From a bacterium (GTDB lineage Bacteria > Bdellovibrionota_B > Oligoflexia > Oligoflexales > CAIYRB01): DNA of 64,000 nucleotides. A program made the translations under genes and the position numbers. Shown piece after piece: positions 1 through 8,721 of the stretch; positions within the stretch are counted from its first letter, which is position 1; each line of letters opens with the position of its first letter. The notes beneath the pieces are model-generated. The model was not told the DNA's origin and searched no databases. It was given only the letters and a program-made list of their open reading frames with translations. The stretch is from NCBI GenBank assembly GCA_900299215.1, contig OMIY01000382.1, forward strand, positions 10,206 to 74,205. Reading direction: 5' to 3'.

Positions 1-328
1 CCTCAAGGATGAATTTCGGCACCCAAGTCGAAGCCATATTGATGATAGCGACGGTGCTAAGCTTGTCTTCGGGAAACTGTTCAGCCTTTAATGCCTCTTT
101 GAGCGCCTCGTTGTCGTCGCGACGACTAGGGGCGATGTAGAACATTAACCAAAGTCGATCTTTTAGGGCCTCAGTGGACCAAGGCTTTCCGTCTACGGTT
201 GCTCCAGCTTCGCCATTAAAGTTCACCAGTTCCGGTTTTTCCCCTACATTAATGGCAGCGCAGTAAGCAAGATTAGAGAGCCCTGTCAAACAGCTTAATA
301 GAGCCAGTATGGCTAGGTGCATTCGCAT
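1..328 (-). CDS. YtfJ-family periplasmic protein (partial; C-terminus lies beyond the window edge)
   Basis: Manual reverse translation from the ATG at 328-326 gives MRMHLAILALLSCLTGLSNLAYCAAINVGEKPELVNFNGE...DGKPWSTEALKDRLWLMFYIAPSRRDDNEALKEALKAEQFPEDKLSTVAIINM. It has a signal peptide and a YtfJ-like layout. It is absent from the ORF track because it is truncated. Confidence 0.55.
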   Translation of the reverse strand, partial: MRMHLAILALLSCLTGLSNLAYCAAINVGEKPELVNFNGEAGATVDGKPWSTEALKDRLWLMFYIAPSRRDDNEALKEALKAEQFPEDKLSTVAIINMASTWVPKFILE

Positions 329-417
329 GATAAATCCTCATTGTTTCGCAAAGTTATTGAAATTTTCCGGTAAAAGCGCATTGTAGTCAATCGCCGCATA
401 AATGGGAGGATCAGTTA

Positions 418-1059
418 GTGAAATACGCAACCAGTCGACACTGTTTCCTCATGATGAGCGGTCGGTCCACGAGGGGAGCCTCCGACCGTTTCTGCGGTTG
501 GACTGATCCTCCACTGTCTCCAGAGGGGCGTGAGCAGGTATTAGCGCGCCGAGGTAACTTGAATCAGCAACAGCGTAAATTGCCACGTATTTGGTACGTC
601 TCTGATCGTCGGCGTGCAGTCGAGACCTTTGAGATATTGACTGCAGGCACCCAGGTGCCAGTGCTCCGCATTTCGGACAAGCTAAGAGAGATTAACTTTG
701 GGATATACGAGAATCTGACTTGGGAAGAGCTGCCAGATGAGTTTCAAAGGCAGTATGAACTCGCTCTTTCAGATCCTCTGAGACTCTACTTTCCCGAGGG
801 CGAGTCCTTTCGAGACATGGTTGATAGGGTCTCCAGTTTAGCTCTAGATATCCTCTCTTATCAGGATGACGAATCGGACATAGGCGTGATAGGTCACCAG
901 GGAAGTATGCGGCTATGGCAGCTCATGGCTGAAGAAAAGCCACCAGAGCAATTCTTTATCGATACACCCGATCTCGGGCAGGGAAAATGGATCACAATAA
1001 GTGCAACTCAAGTGGCGCAGTGGCGACACAAGTACTTGAGCACGGTGATAGCGGGCTAA
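418..1059 (+). CDS. Histidine phosphatase family protein (phosphoglycerate-mutase-like / CobC-like)
   Basis: N-terminal SRH motif followed by GWTDPPLSPEGREQ, and a C-terminal GHQGSMR second catalytic-His motif. GTG start. Confidence 0.65.
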   Translation: MKYATSRHCFLMMSGRSTRGASDRFCGWTDPPLSPEGREQVLARRGNLNQQQRKLPRIWYVSDRRRAVETFEILTAGTQVPVLRISDKLREINFGIYENLTWEELPDEFQRQYELALSDPLRLYFPEGESFRDMVDRVSSLALDILSYQDDESDIGVIGHQGSMRLWQLMAEEKPPEQFFIDTPDLGQGKWITISATQVAQWRHKYLSTVIAG

Positions 1060-1079
1060 CGGGTGAGGCCGACCAGCGG

Positions 1080-1283
1080 ATGTGGTTGCGGTCGATACCA
1101 TCAAGAATCTCGGCCGTTGGCTTTATAATTCTGATAATTATTGGTAATTTCTGGCTTGTCGAAGCACTTTGGGGAGCTCAGGGGCAAACTTGGGTGCGTA
1201 CTGGGCTTCAACTTGGCACAGCGACAGTATTTGTAGGTGCGATCGGTCTTTTAATACGGGCGATTTTGAGCATCTTTCCGTAA
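1080..1283 (+). CDS. Small hypothetical two-TM membrane protein
   Basis: Internal ATG of ORF 987-1283, chosen to avoid overlap with the upstream gene. It encodes two hydrophobic helices (AVGFIILIIIGNFWLV, TATVFVGAIGLLIRAIL). No homology recognised. Confidence 0.3.
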   Translation: MWLRSIPSRISAVGFIILIIIGNFWLVEALWGAQGQTWVRTGLQLGTATVFVGAIGLLIRAILSIFP

Positions 1284-1323
1284 CTTGGGCACATTAAGTC
1301 AATGTTTGAGAGGCTGCCAATAA

Positions 1324-2724
1324 ATGGCCACTCGACCTACATATGGTAAAATTAAGGTACGGCGGCAAATCGACCGACACCCCTTGAGGGAGTCGGGGCA
1401 TGCAATTCCTTTACGGGGTGACAAAGAATTGAAGTCCAAAAACGACGATAAATCTAAGCCAATGAGTCCGACGGTGAAAGCCTCGGTCAAGGCTACCGCA
1501 TCGTCACCGGCGGTACGCACCAACCCTCCGCAAAGTACACCAGTGCGCGGCGTCACGAGGCCACCTCAAGCTAGTCAGCCAACTCCATCTAAGCAGCCAC
1601 CGGTTGCTGCTGCGAACGAAGGGGTGGAGGAGTTTGATCTTCAAAACACACCCTCCTACAGATTGCATCATGCCTTGGCAAAGGCTAGAGGCAAAAAGTT
1701 ACTTATATGCATCAAAGGGTATCCAGATCCCGATAACATCGGTACCTCGCTCTGTTTGCAGTGGTTAGCGCGGCACTACGATATAAACACGACCATCATC
1801 CATTTTGAAGCAATCTCCCACCATGAAAACAGGGCTTTAGTTAAAAAACTTGACCTAGACATGGTGGAATACGAAAACAATTTCGACGTGTCTGGATTTG
1901 ACTATTTCGCGGTAAACGACTCGCAAAACCCCGACCTTCCGATCAAATTACCACCCGATTGCAAGTTGCTTGTGTTTGTGGATCACCACAAGGCTTTGGG
2001 TACAGTTGAAGGAGAATTTGTAGACATTCGTGAGTCTTCTGGATCAACTTCAGGGATCTACGGCGAATATTTGATTGAGGGACCGATTAATTTCCGCGGC
2101 AACTCGGTTGAAGAGAGTCGCATTGCTACGGCACTGATGCACGGGATTCGCAGCGATACCGACAATTTTGTAAACGCTCAGCCCATTGATTACAAGGCAA
2201 GTGAGTACTTTGCCCAGTTTGTCGACAAAGACCTGTTATCTCTGATTTCCCATCAGTCGATCCCAGCCAAGACCATGGACCTGACGCAGATTGCTCTGCA
2301 GCGTAAAGACATCCGGGGCACATTTATGTTTTCCGGGGTGGGTTTCGTTAGGGATGAGGACCGTGATGGCATAGGCCAATGTGCCGATTATCTGTTGCAT
2401 CGCGAAGGCATTGATACGGTGGTGGTTTATGGGGTTGTAGGTAATCAATTTATCGACGGCTCTCTCCGTACTAAGTCCCATACACTCGACCCTGACAAAT
2501 GGTTAAAAGATGTTTTTGGCGCCGATGAAGCGGGTAAGTACTATGGCGGCGGGCGCAAGGACAAAGGTGGCTTTCAGATTCCAATAGGTGTGTTCGCGCG
2601 CTGTAACGATCGAGAACTACTCTGGATTCTGATTAAAAAGACTATAGATGAGCTGTTCTATCAAAAGATTGGCATTGAAGAGGATGCAAACATTGATAGC
2701 GATCTAGCCAGCCAGAAGGGTTAA
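1324..2724 (+). CDS. DHH/DHHA1-family phosphoesterase (NrnA-like) with a ~100-aa Pro/Ser-rich N-terminal extension
   Basis: DPDNIGT and FVDHHKA (DHH motif), GIRSDTDNF, and a GGGRKDKGG stretch at the DHHA1 GGGH position. Confidence 0.7.
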   Translation: MATRPTYGKIKVRRQIDRHPLRESGHAIPLRGDKELKSKNDDKSKPMSPTVKASVKATASSPAVRTNPPQSTPVRGVTRPPQASQPTPSKQPPVAAANEGVEEFDLQNTPSYRLHHALAKARGKKLLICIKGYPDPDNIGTSLCLQWLARHYDINTTIIHFEAISHHENRALVKKLDLDMVEYENNFDVSGFDYFAVNDSQNPDLPIKLPPDCKLLVFVDHHKALGTVEGEFVDIRESSGSTSGIYGEYLIEGPINFRGNSVEESRIATALMHGIRSDTDNFVNAQPIDYKASEYFAQFVDKDLLSLISHQSIPAKTMDLTQIALQRKDIRGTFMFSGVGFVRDEDRDGIGQCADYLLHREGIDTVVVYGVVGNQFIDGSLRTKSHTLDPDKWLKDVFGADEAGKYYGGGRKDKGGFQIPIGVFARCNDRELLWILIKKTIDELFYQKIGIEEDANIDSDLASQKG

Positions 2725-3173
2725 CCCTCTGGGGTTGGGTAGTCGAGTATGAAGGTTACTGGACCATCGTTGAGTAGGTCCACCTTCATATCTGCGCCGA
2801 ATTGACCTGTCTCTACCTTTAGACCGGCCTGTTTTGTCGCCGTGACAAAATCCGTATAGATTTTATTAGCCAGGTCTGGTGGGGCAGCCTGTGTAAAACT
2901 GGGACGGCGTCCTTTGCGACAATCAGCGTAAAGTGTGAATTGACTGACAAGCAGGATCTCGCCCTCAATATCCCGGACACTTAAGTTCATTTTGCCGTCT
3001 GGGTCATTGAACGCACGAAGGTTAATTAGCTTGTCTACCAGGTAGCTGACGGCAGCCGTACCATCACTTGACTGAACACCAATCAGTACTAGCCACCCGC
3101 GCCCAATACGACCAACTATCTCAGAGTTAACCTCAACGCTCGCTTGGCTGACTCGTTGAATCACAAGGCGCAT
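2721..3173 (-). CDS. dtd: D-aminoacyl-tRNA deacylase
   Basis: MRLVIQRVSQASVEV...GWLVLIGV...SQFTLYADCRKGRRPSF, a typical Dtd sequence; 150 aa. Confidence 0.95.
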   Translation of the reverse strand: MRLVIQRVSQASVEVNSEIVGRIGRGWLVLIGVQSSDGTAAVSYLVDKLINLRAFNDPDGKMNLSVRDIEGEILLVSQFTLYADCRKGRRPSFTQAAPPDLANKIYTDFVTATKQAGLKVETGQFGADMKVDLLNDGPVTFILDYPTPEG

Positions 3174-3269
3174 TTAAATTCCTCTGCAGCTGTCTGTGGT
3201 TATTGAAACTTGCCATCGATGGCTGGGACACCTATAAAAGGTCCTCCATGATCCAGATAGGGCGTCATT

Positions 3270-3842
3270 ATGGAACAGGCTAGCTACCAGTACCACTGTG
3301 AAAAACTGAAGGAGCTCCTAACTTCGCTGGGAGAGGACCCGGAGCGGGATGGGTTGCTCAAGACCCCCGGCAGAGTTATGGACTCACTGCAGTTCTTGAC
3401 TTCTGGTTATAAAGAGGATGTTGAAAGTGTACTTACCGGCGCTCTTTTTGACGTCGATTATCAAGACATGGTTGTTGTCCGGGACATAGAAATCTACAGC
3501 ATGTGTGAGCATCATATGCTGCCCTTCTATGGTCGCTGCCACGTGGGTTATATTCCAAGGGACAAGGTTGTTGGGCTGTCCAAATTGCCACGCGTTGTTG
3601 ACATTTTTTCTCGACGCCTTCAGGTGCAAGAACGCCTCACTCACCAGATTTCGGAGGCTATTGAGCAGTACCTTAAACCATTAGGTGTTGGTGTGGTGGT
3701 GGAAGCTTACCATTTGTGTATGATGATGAGAGGGGTCACTAAACAGAACTCGTTCACTCTAACGAGCTCGATGCGAGGATCCTTCCAGAATCTTGAGACG
3801 AGAAACGAGTTTTTTAGCCTAATTAGAAGCCAAAAGTTGTGA
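3270..3842 (+). CDS. folE: GTP cyclohydrolase I
   Basis: [12 protein letters not shown] and [15 protein letters not shown] signature segments; 190 aa. Confidence 0.95.
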   Translation: MEQASYQYHCEKLKELLTSLGEDPERDGLLKTPGRVMDSLQFLTSGYKEDVESVLTGALFDVDYQDMVVVRDIEIYSMCEHHMLPFYGRCHVGYIPRDKVVGLSKLPRVVDIFSRRLQVQERLTHQISEAIEQYLKPLGVGVVVEAYHLCMMMRGVTKQNSFTLTSSMRGSFQNLETRNEFFSLIRSQKL

Positions 3843-3845
3843 TCG

Positions 3846-4499
3846 ATGGGTATGCACCTATACACCTATGACGACCCACCAGCTGAGCGAGATATCAGCA
3901 GGGCGGTGCGTATATTGGCCGATTCCGGTGTGCTAGCTTATCCGAATGACCTCAATTGGGCATTTGGCTGTGATGCTGCGAGTGCGAAGGCTCTGGACAG
4001 GATCTATATGCTCAAGCCCACTCATCCCAGGGATCTACCGTTTAGCCTACTCTGTAGCTCTATTTCTATGGCGGCTGAGTATGCTGTTATCGATAATGCT
4101 GCTTACCGCCTGCTCCGCAAAGCGTGGCCGGGTCCATTTACGGTGCTTTTAAACGCCACCAAACAGCTTCCCAGACAGTTAAAAGACAAACGTCGAGTCG
4201 TTGGCATTAGGATACCTACAAGCAATCTGCTGCGGACTATCGTGGAGCGCTTCGGTCAACCAATCGCGACGACTTCTATTCCTCCGATCAAGCTCAAGTC
4301 TGCAAACAGCATGGATCCTCAGGCTCCGCGCTTTGGATATGAAGTGTTCGAATCTTATGGACATGCGATTGACCTCGTTCTGGACCTGGGAGCGGAATTA
4401 CCGGGGCTAGAATCCACAATTATCGATCTGACGTCGGGTCAGCCTGAAATTGTGCGATTAGGTGCGGGTGATCCTAGTCTTTTCAGTGCGGGGACGTGA
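3846..4499 (+). CDS. tsaC: L-threonylcarbamoyladenylate synthase (YrdC/TsaC family)
   Basis: YrdC-domain features: KPTHPRDLPFSLLCSS, WPGPFTVLL, GIRIPTSNLL, TTSIP, STIIDLT. Confidence 0.85.
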   Translation: MGMHLYTYDDPPAERDISRAVRILADSGVLAYPNDLNWAFGCDAASAKALDRIYMLKPTHPRDLPFSLLCSSISMAAEYAVIDNAAYRLLRKAWPGPFTVLLNATKQLPRQLKDKRRVVGIRIPTSNLLRTIVERFGQPIATTSIPPIKLKSANSMDPQAPRFGYEVFESYGHAIDLVLDLGAELPGLESTIIDLTSGQPEIVRLGAGDPSLFSAGT

Positions 4500-4506
4500 T
4501 CTTACG

Positions 4507-5130
4507 GTGAGCGAGCACATAAACCCCTTTCCGTATCCAACTCCGCTTGAAGTGGTCTTGTTGCAAGAGCTGGCGGCAGCAGGGCGGGAGTGCTACGAGC
4601 GAGGCTGGTGTCCAGGCACTGCGGGCAATTTTTCTTTGCGTGGGAAGAGAAGCCTCTCGTGGGTCAGTCGTACCAGCATAAGCAAGGCTCAGCTTAGTGT
4701 CAGGGACTTCGTTCCCGTATCATTAGAGACAGGTGACCCTGTAACCCCCGAATCGCCAAGGGCTTCGTTGGAGGCTGCGGTCCATCTTGCGATTTATCGC
4801 CTGAGTCCAGATGCGAGAGTCGTCGTACACGCTCATCCCCCATATACTGTGGCGAGAAGCGCTGTCGATGCAGAGTTTTTATTCAGAGGGGCAGAGATAC
4901 AAAAGGCCCTAGGTGCCTTGTCACATGAAGAGTCCCTAAGTATTCCGCTCATTGCAAATCCGACCAAATTAACACTCGCTCATATGCAGAGAGAGTTAGA
5001 GGCCATGACTAATTTGCGTCCTGGAGTAATTGTTCTCCGTGGTCACGGGGTCTATGCCTGGGGTGAGTCACCGGTAATGGCATTAGATCGACTTGAGGCA
5101 CTGGAGTTTCTATGTCAGACGAGCACTTGA
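4507..5130 (+). CDS. mtnB: Class II aldolase/adducin-domain protein, methylthioribulose-1-phosphate dehydratase-like
   Basis: GWCPGTAGNFSLR and VVHAHPPYTV motifs. The start is moved to the GTG at 4507, just after the tsaC stop; the track ORF starts at 4462, inside tsaC. Confidence 0.65.
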   Translation: MSEHINPFPYPTPLEVVLLQELAAAGRECYERGWCPGTAGNFSLRGKRSLSWVSRTSISKAQLSVRDFVPVSLETGDPVTPESPRASLEAAVHLAIYRLSPDARVVVHAHPPYTVARSAVDAEFLFRGAEIQKALGALSHEESLSIPLIANPTKLTLAHMQRELEAMTNLRPGVIVLRGHGVYAWGESPVMALDRLEALEFLCQTST

Positions 5131-5774
5131 GCCGCTTTCGTATCCTAGATGTGGGAGTGCTTGATTATCTCTCTGCTTTGAAACTCCAGGAACTGAGCCA
5201 CCATGAGGTGGTAAGAGGTCTTGTCGCCCCAACCATTATCGTGGTTCAGCACCCGCCGGTTCTGACACTGGGTAAACATGCGGACTCTGGATTTCTAAAG
5301 CTCCCAGTGCCCGAGTTTAAAAAACTAGGAGTCGAAGTTGTCCAAACAGATAGAGGGGGTGAGGTTACTGCTCATATGCCAGGGCAGCTGGTTGTTTATC
5401 CGATCATAAAACTAGTTGACTTCAAGCTCACCCCAAGAACTTGGGTTGCCCTTCTTGAAACAGCAGTCATCGATACCCTAGCCCTTTGTGGCGTCAGCGC
5501 TACCACTGATCCGATCAACCCGGGTGTATGGGTAGGCAGTCAGAAGATTTGTGCAATCGGCATTCGAATCAAGGATCGCACCAGCCTTCATGGGCTAGCG
5601 TTGAATGTATCAAATGACCTTGATCTCTTTGACAAAATCATCCCTTGTGGAATTAAAAATCGAGGGGTTACGACTTTGTCGGGGTGCGTGCCTAAAGCCC
5701 CTACGTTGTCGGAGGTGGCTAGTATGTTGCTAGATCGGCTGACAAAATTATTGATGTCTAGGGTGGCGCGCTAG
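5112..5774 (+). CDS. lipB: Lipoyl(octanoyl) transferase
   Basis: QHPPVLTLGKHA, TDRGGEVTAHMPGQLVVYPI, KICAIGIRI, SLHGLALNV. Confidence 0.9.
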   Translation: MSDEHLSRFRILDVGVLDYLSALKLQELSHHEVVRGLVAPTIIVVQHPPVLTLGKHADSGFLKLPVPEFKKLGVEVVQTDRGGEVTAHMPGQLVVYPIIKLVDFKLTPRTWVALLETAVIDTLALCGVSATTDPINPGVWVGSQKICAIGIRIKDRTSLHGLALNVSNDLDLFDKIIPCGIKNRGVTTLSGCVPKAPTLSEVASMLLDRLTKLLMSRVAR

Positions 5775-5785
5775 TTTACTGTTAC

Positions 5786-5814
5786 TTGCAAAGCCGCCAA
5801 ATAGGCTCTACAAT
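5786..5814 (+). promoter_or_regulatory. Sigma70-like promoter upstream of ORF 5858
   Basis: TTGCAA (5786-5791), a 17-nt spacer, then TACAAT (5809-5814). Confidence 0.45.
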
Positions 5815-5857
5815 TAAAATTATAGATTTCAAGTAAAATCTTTCCTAGGGAGTCGCG

Positions 5858-6175
5858 ATGGTCGACGATAGCCTACGGGCAATCGCTACACCGCAAAAGC
5901 TCGGTACAGATGAGGACCAAGTGGTCTCGTCTACACTGACCATCGCCAACAATATCCCTGAGTGTTGCATCGCAACCATTCAGGAACATGTTCGTTACAA
6001 TCCGATGATGGTATGTAGTCATTGCAAAAATATCATTAAGTGCTTCGACAATGAGCGAGCATTTCAGAACTATCTGATTTTTTGCCAGTCACGTCGACGT
6101 AATGTGTTGACTGGACAGGTGAATGAACATTGGACTGTGGCATTTCGATCCTACGAAACCTTCCACAGTCGCTAA
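5858..6175 (+). CDS. Hypothetical Cys-rich small protein
   Basis: 105-aa ORF with its own promoter-like element. It contains CC...CSHCKNIIKC...C cysteine spacing. No family recognised. Confidence 0.4.
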   Translation: MVDDSLRAIATPQKLGTDEDQVVSSTLTIANNIPECCIATIQEHVRYNPMMVCSHCKNIIKCFDNERAFQNYLIFCQSRRRNVLTGQVNEHWTVAFRSYETFHSR

Positions 6176-6191
6176 ATCAGCTTCAGCCGGC

Positions 6192-7646
6192 TCACTTGTT
6201 CTGGCCTTCGCCTGGGGAGGTCTGATCAGATCCGTCCAAAATCACTTTAGGCGGAAGCTTCTCATCGGGTCGTGCCGCCGAGCGCTGCTGCTCGAATCGC
6301 GTCCAACTTTTGAGATAGGTGAAAGCGGTGACTAACTGATGATCTGAGCGTAGCGGCTCAGGCCATTTGTTCACGTGGGTGGCGATATTTGATTCTTTGG
6401 CTAAGTCACTTAAGTCGTTACTAGTTATGTGCCCCTCTAGGTCTGACTCCTTGCGAGCGTCTTCGTCACCTTCGCGCCTTTGTTTAGCACTATTGGGGTC
6501 ACTATTTGACGCTAGAGCCTTATCTTTCTTGGACCGCATGGGAACTATGATATCTGGAGTAATCCCCTTAGCCTGAATTGAGCGATCTTTGGGAGTGTAA
6601 TATCTCGCGACTGTGAACTTCAGTCCCGACCCATCTGGCAGCGAGACTAAAGTTTGCACAGACCCTTTACCAAAAGTTGTTGTCCCCATGATAACTGCGC
6701 GCTCGTGGTCTTGAAGGGCGCCAGCGACGATCTCTGAAGCACTCGCAGACCCTCCGTTAACTAAGACAACCAGAGGAAAACCAATGTGTGCACCTCTCTT
6801 AGAGGCAAACTCTCGCTCAACTCTGGAACGATCGCGGCCAACTGTTGAGACAATCACACCACTGTCAATAAATAAGTCGCACACTCGGACCGCTTGATCG
6901 AGCAAACCTCCTGGATTGTCACGAAGGTCTAAAACCAGCCCACGCAGGGATTTTTTATGACTCGCTAAGAAATTTGTGAGTTCCTCACCCGTGTTTTCTT
7001 GGAAACTTGCAATCCGGGCATAATGAATTCCATCAGCCAAGACTTCCCCACGGACAGATTTAACCTTGATAATCTCTCGGGTGAGCTCGAAGTTAAGAGG
7101 ATCCTTGACACCCTCTCTTCTTATCGTCAGGCGAAGGACTGAGCCTGGCTCCCCGCGCATAAATTCGACCGCGTCAGTGTTTTTGAGTTTAGCAAGATCT
7201 TTGCCATCTACGGCAATAATCTCATCACCAGCTTTGACCCCGGCAGTGAATGCAGGAGTATCCTCAATCGGCGAAACCACAATCAGCTTTTGATTTTCCT
7301 GGGAAACAATAATGCCGACACCACCAAATTTGCCTTGAGTGTCGCTGGTCAGTTGTTCGAAAGCTTTCTTTGGAAGCAGCACTGTGTGAGGGTCAAGTTT
7401 TTCTATGATACCGCGCAAAGCATTAGTACTCATTTCACCGAGCTTAACTTTGTCCTCATCGACGTACATGGTCTCAAGGTAAAACATCCCTCGAGCCAGA
7501 GTTTCCAGTGGTTGATACCGGTTATCTAGCTTAATCGTTGGCGGGGCATCAGGTGCGGCTTCTAGGCTCTGACCATTTACCATTCCAAAAAACAAAATGG
7601 ACTGCATCAGAGGGCGAAGCCAGCGAGTGTTAGCTTTTGTGTGCAA
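6192..7646 (-). CDS. S41-family carboxy-terminal processing peptidase (Ctp/Prc)
   Basis: Signal peptide; PDZ segment (GVGIIV...AGVKAGDEIIAVDG); LVLDLRDNPGGLL and NGGSASASEI catalytic-region motifs. TTG start. Confidence 0.9.
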   Translation of the reverse strand: MHTKANTRWLRPLMQSILFFGMVNGQSLEAAPDAPPTIKLDNRYQPLETLARGMFYLETMYVDEDKVKLGEMSTNALRGIIEKLDPHTVLLPKKAFEQLTSDTQGKFGGVGIIVSQENQKLIVVSPIEDTPAFTAGVKAGDEIIAVDGKDLAKLKNTDAVEFMRGEPGSVLRLTIRREGVKDPLNFELTREIIKVKSVRGEVLADGIHYARIASFQENTGEELTNFLASHKKSLRGLVLDLRDNPGGLLDQAVRVCDLFIDSGVIVSTVGRDRSRVEREFASKRGAHIGFPLVVLVNGGSASASEIVAGALQDHERAVIMGTTTFGKGSVQTLVSLPDGSGLKFTVARYYTPKDRSIQAKGITPDIIVPMRSKKDKALASNSDPNSAKQRREGDEDARKESDLEGHITSNDLSDLAKESNIATHVNKWPEPLRSDHQLVTAFTYLKSWTRFEQQRSAARPDEKLPPKVILDGSDQTSPGEGQNK

Positions 7647-7742
7647 CTGGTTGCTCCCGGACTATTTCGGCGATTTCTAAAGTTACGCAGGCCAATCTGT
7701 AAAAGTTAACGCAGGCCCCCGTGTTTGCCAAGTCCCAAGGTA

Positions 7743-8585
7743 TTAACCGCCTTTACCTACTCGCACGTCCTCCGCTGAGGAAAGTTGAGAATAGAGGCTT
7801 TTAGCCTTGGTCTTGTCATCTTGCGTGATGCCTTCGACTTTGCCGTATTTCGCAAGTAGTTTTCTAGCTTCGGAACTTCGCCCACTACGAACATACAGGC
7901 TACTTAAAGATTGGACGGGCTCAAAGCATACGGTGCAGAAATCGATTGCCTTTTGATAAGCCTGAATCGCAAGTTGATGCCGGTTAGATACTTCGTAAAT
8001 ATGAGCTAGCTCCAAATGAGATAGGAAGAAGGTCGGGTTCTCCTCTAAGGCTCGTTTGTACCAGGTCTCTGCTTGATTAGGCATGCGATCCTTGGAGTAG
8101 GCATATCCTAAATTGTGAAACAGTCGCTCCTTGTAGGCATAGTTTTGTTGCTCTGCATCGGTAAGCAGCTGGTTTAGAAGTTTGATGGCTCGGCTCAGCT
8201 CTCCGGCACTGATAAGAGCCGAACTTAGATTCAACCCAGTGGCAACTTGTTTATCGAGCTTGTAGGCTATCTGAAACTCTTTGACAGCGCGCTGATTGTT
8301 GCGAAGTGAAAGTTGAGTCAATCCCATCAAATTATGCATGACGGGATCTTGTGGATACTGTCGTATCAGATAACGCAGACTGCTGAGCGCCGCCTCGGGT
8401 TTACCTGAATCCAAAGCCTCTCGGATGATCTGTCTTTGGGATTCGAGGACGGTGTTCTCAACCTCCTTACTGGTCCCGTCGGTTTGACACCCTGACAGTG
8501 CGGAGATTAGACTGACAATAGTGCCTATTATGGCGACTTTGAATTGGAACTCAAGGCTCGGTCCGAAACGTTGCTGGCCAGACAT
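7743..8585 (-). CDS. TPR-repeat lipoprotein (PilW/PilF-like)
   Basis: Lipobox LSGCQ followed by several TPR-like repeats (AxxxYxxAlxxxP pattern). Confidence 0.65.
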   Translation of the reverse strand: MSGQQRFGPSLEFQFKVAIIGTIVSLISALSGCQTDGTSKEVENTVLESQRQIIREALDSGKPEAALSSLRYLIRQYPQDPVMHNLMGLTQLSLRNNQRAVKEFQIAYKLDKQVATGLNLSSALISAGELSRAIKLLNQLLTDAEQQNYAYKERLFHNLGYAYSKDRMPNQAETWYKRALEENPTFFLSHLELAHIYEVSNRHQLAIQAYQKAIDFCTVCFEPVQSLSSLYVRSGRSSEARKLLAKYGKVEGITQDDKTKAKSLYSQLSSAEDVRVGKGG

Positions 8586-8721
8586 GAGGAAACCTCGTGA
8601 TCAGTTGGGCAGAGAGGTCAAGGAGGCGAGTAGTCGCTTGCATCTATGTTAACAGATGTGCGGAGCCAGCGGAAATTGACGGCCCCCGGATCCTTGTGGG
8701 GCTTCAACGGAAGGACGGGCC

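Noticed and set aside
987-1079. 5' part of ORF 987-1283, which overlaps the histidine phosphatase gene
   Set aside because: The overlap with a well-supported gene is out of frame. Only the distal two-TM portion from the ATG at 1080 is kept, and at low confidence.
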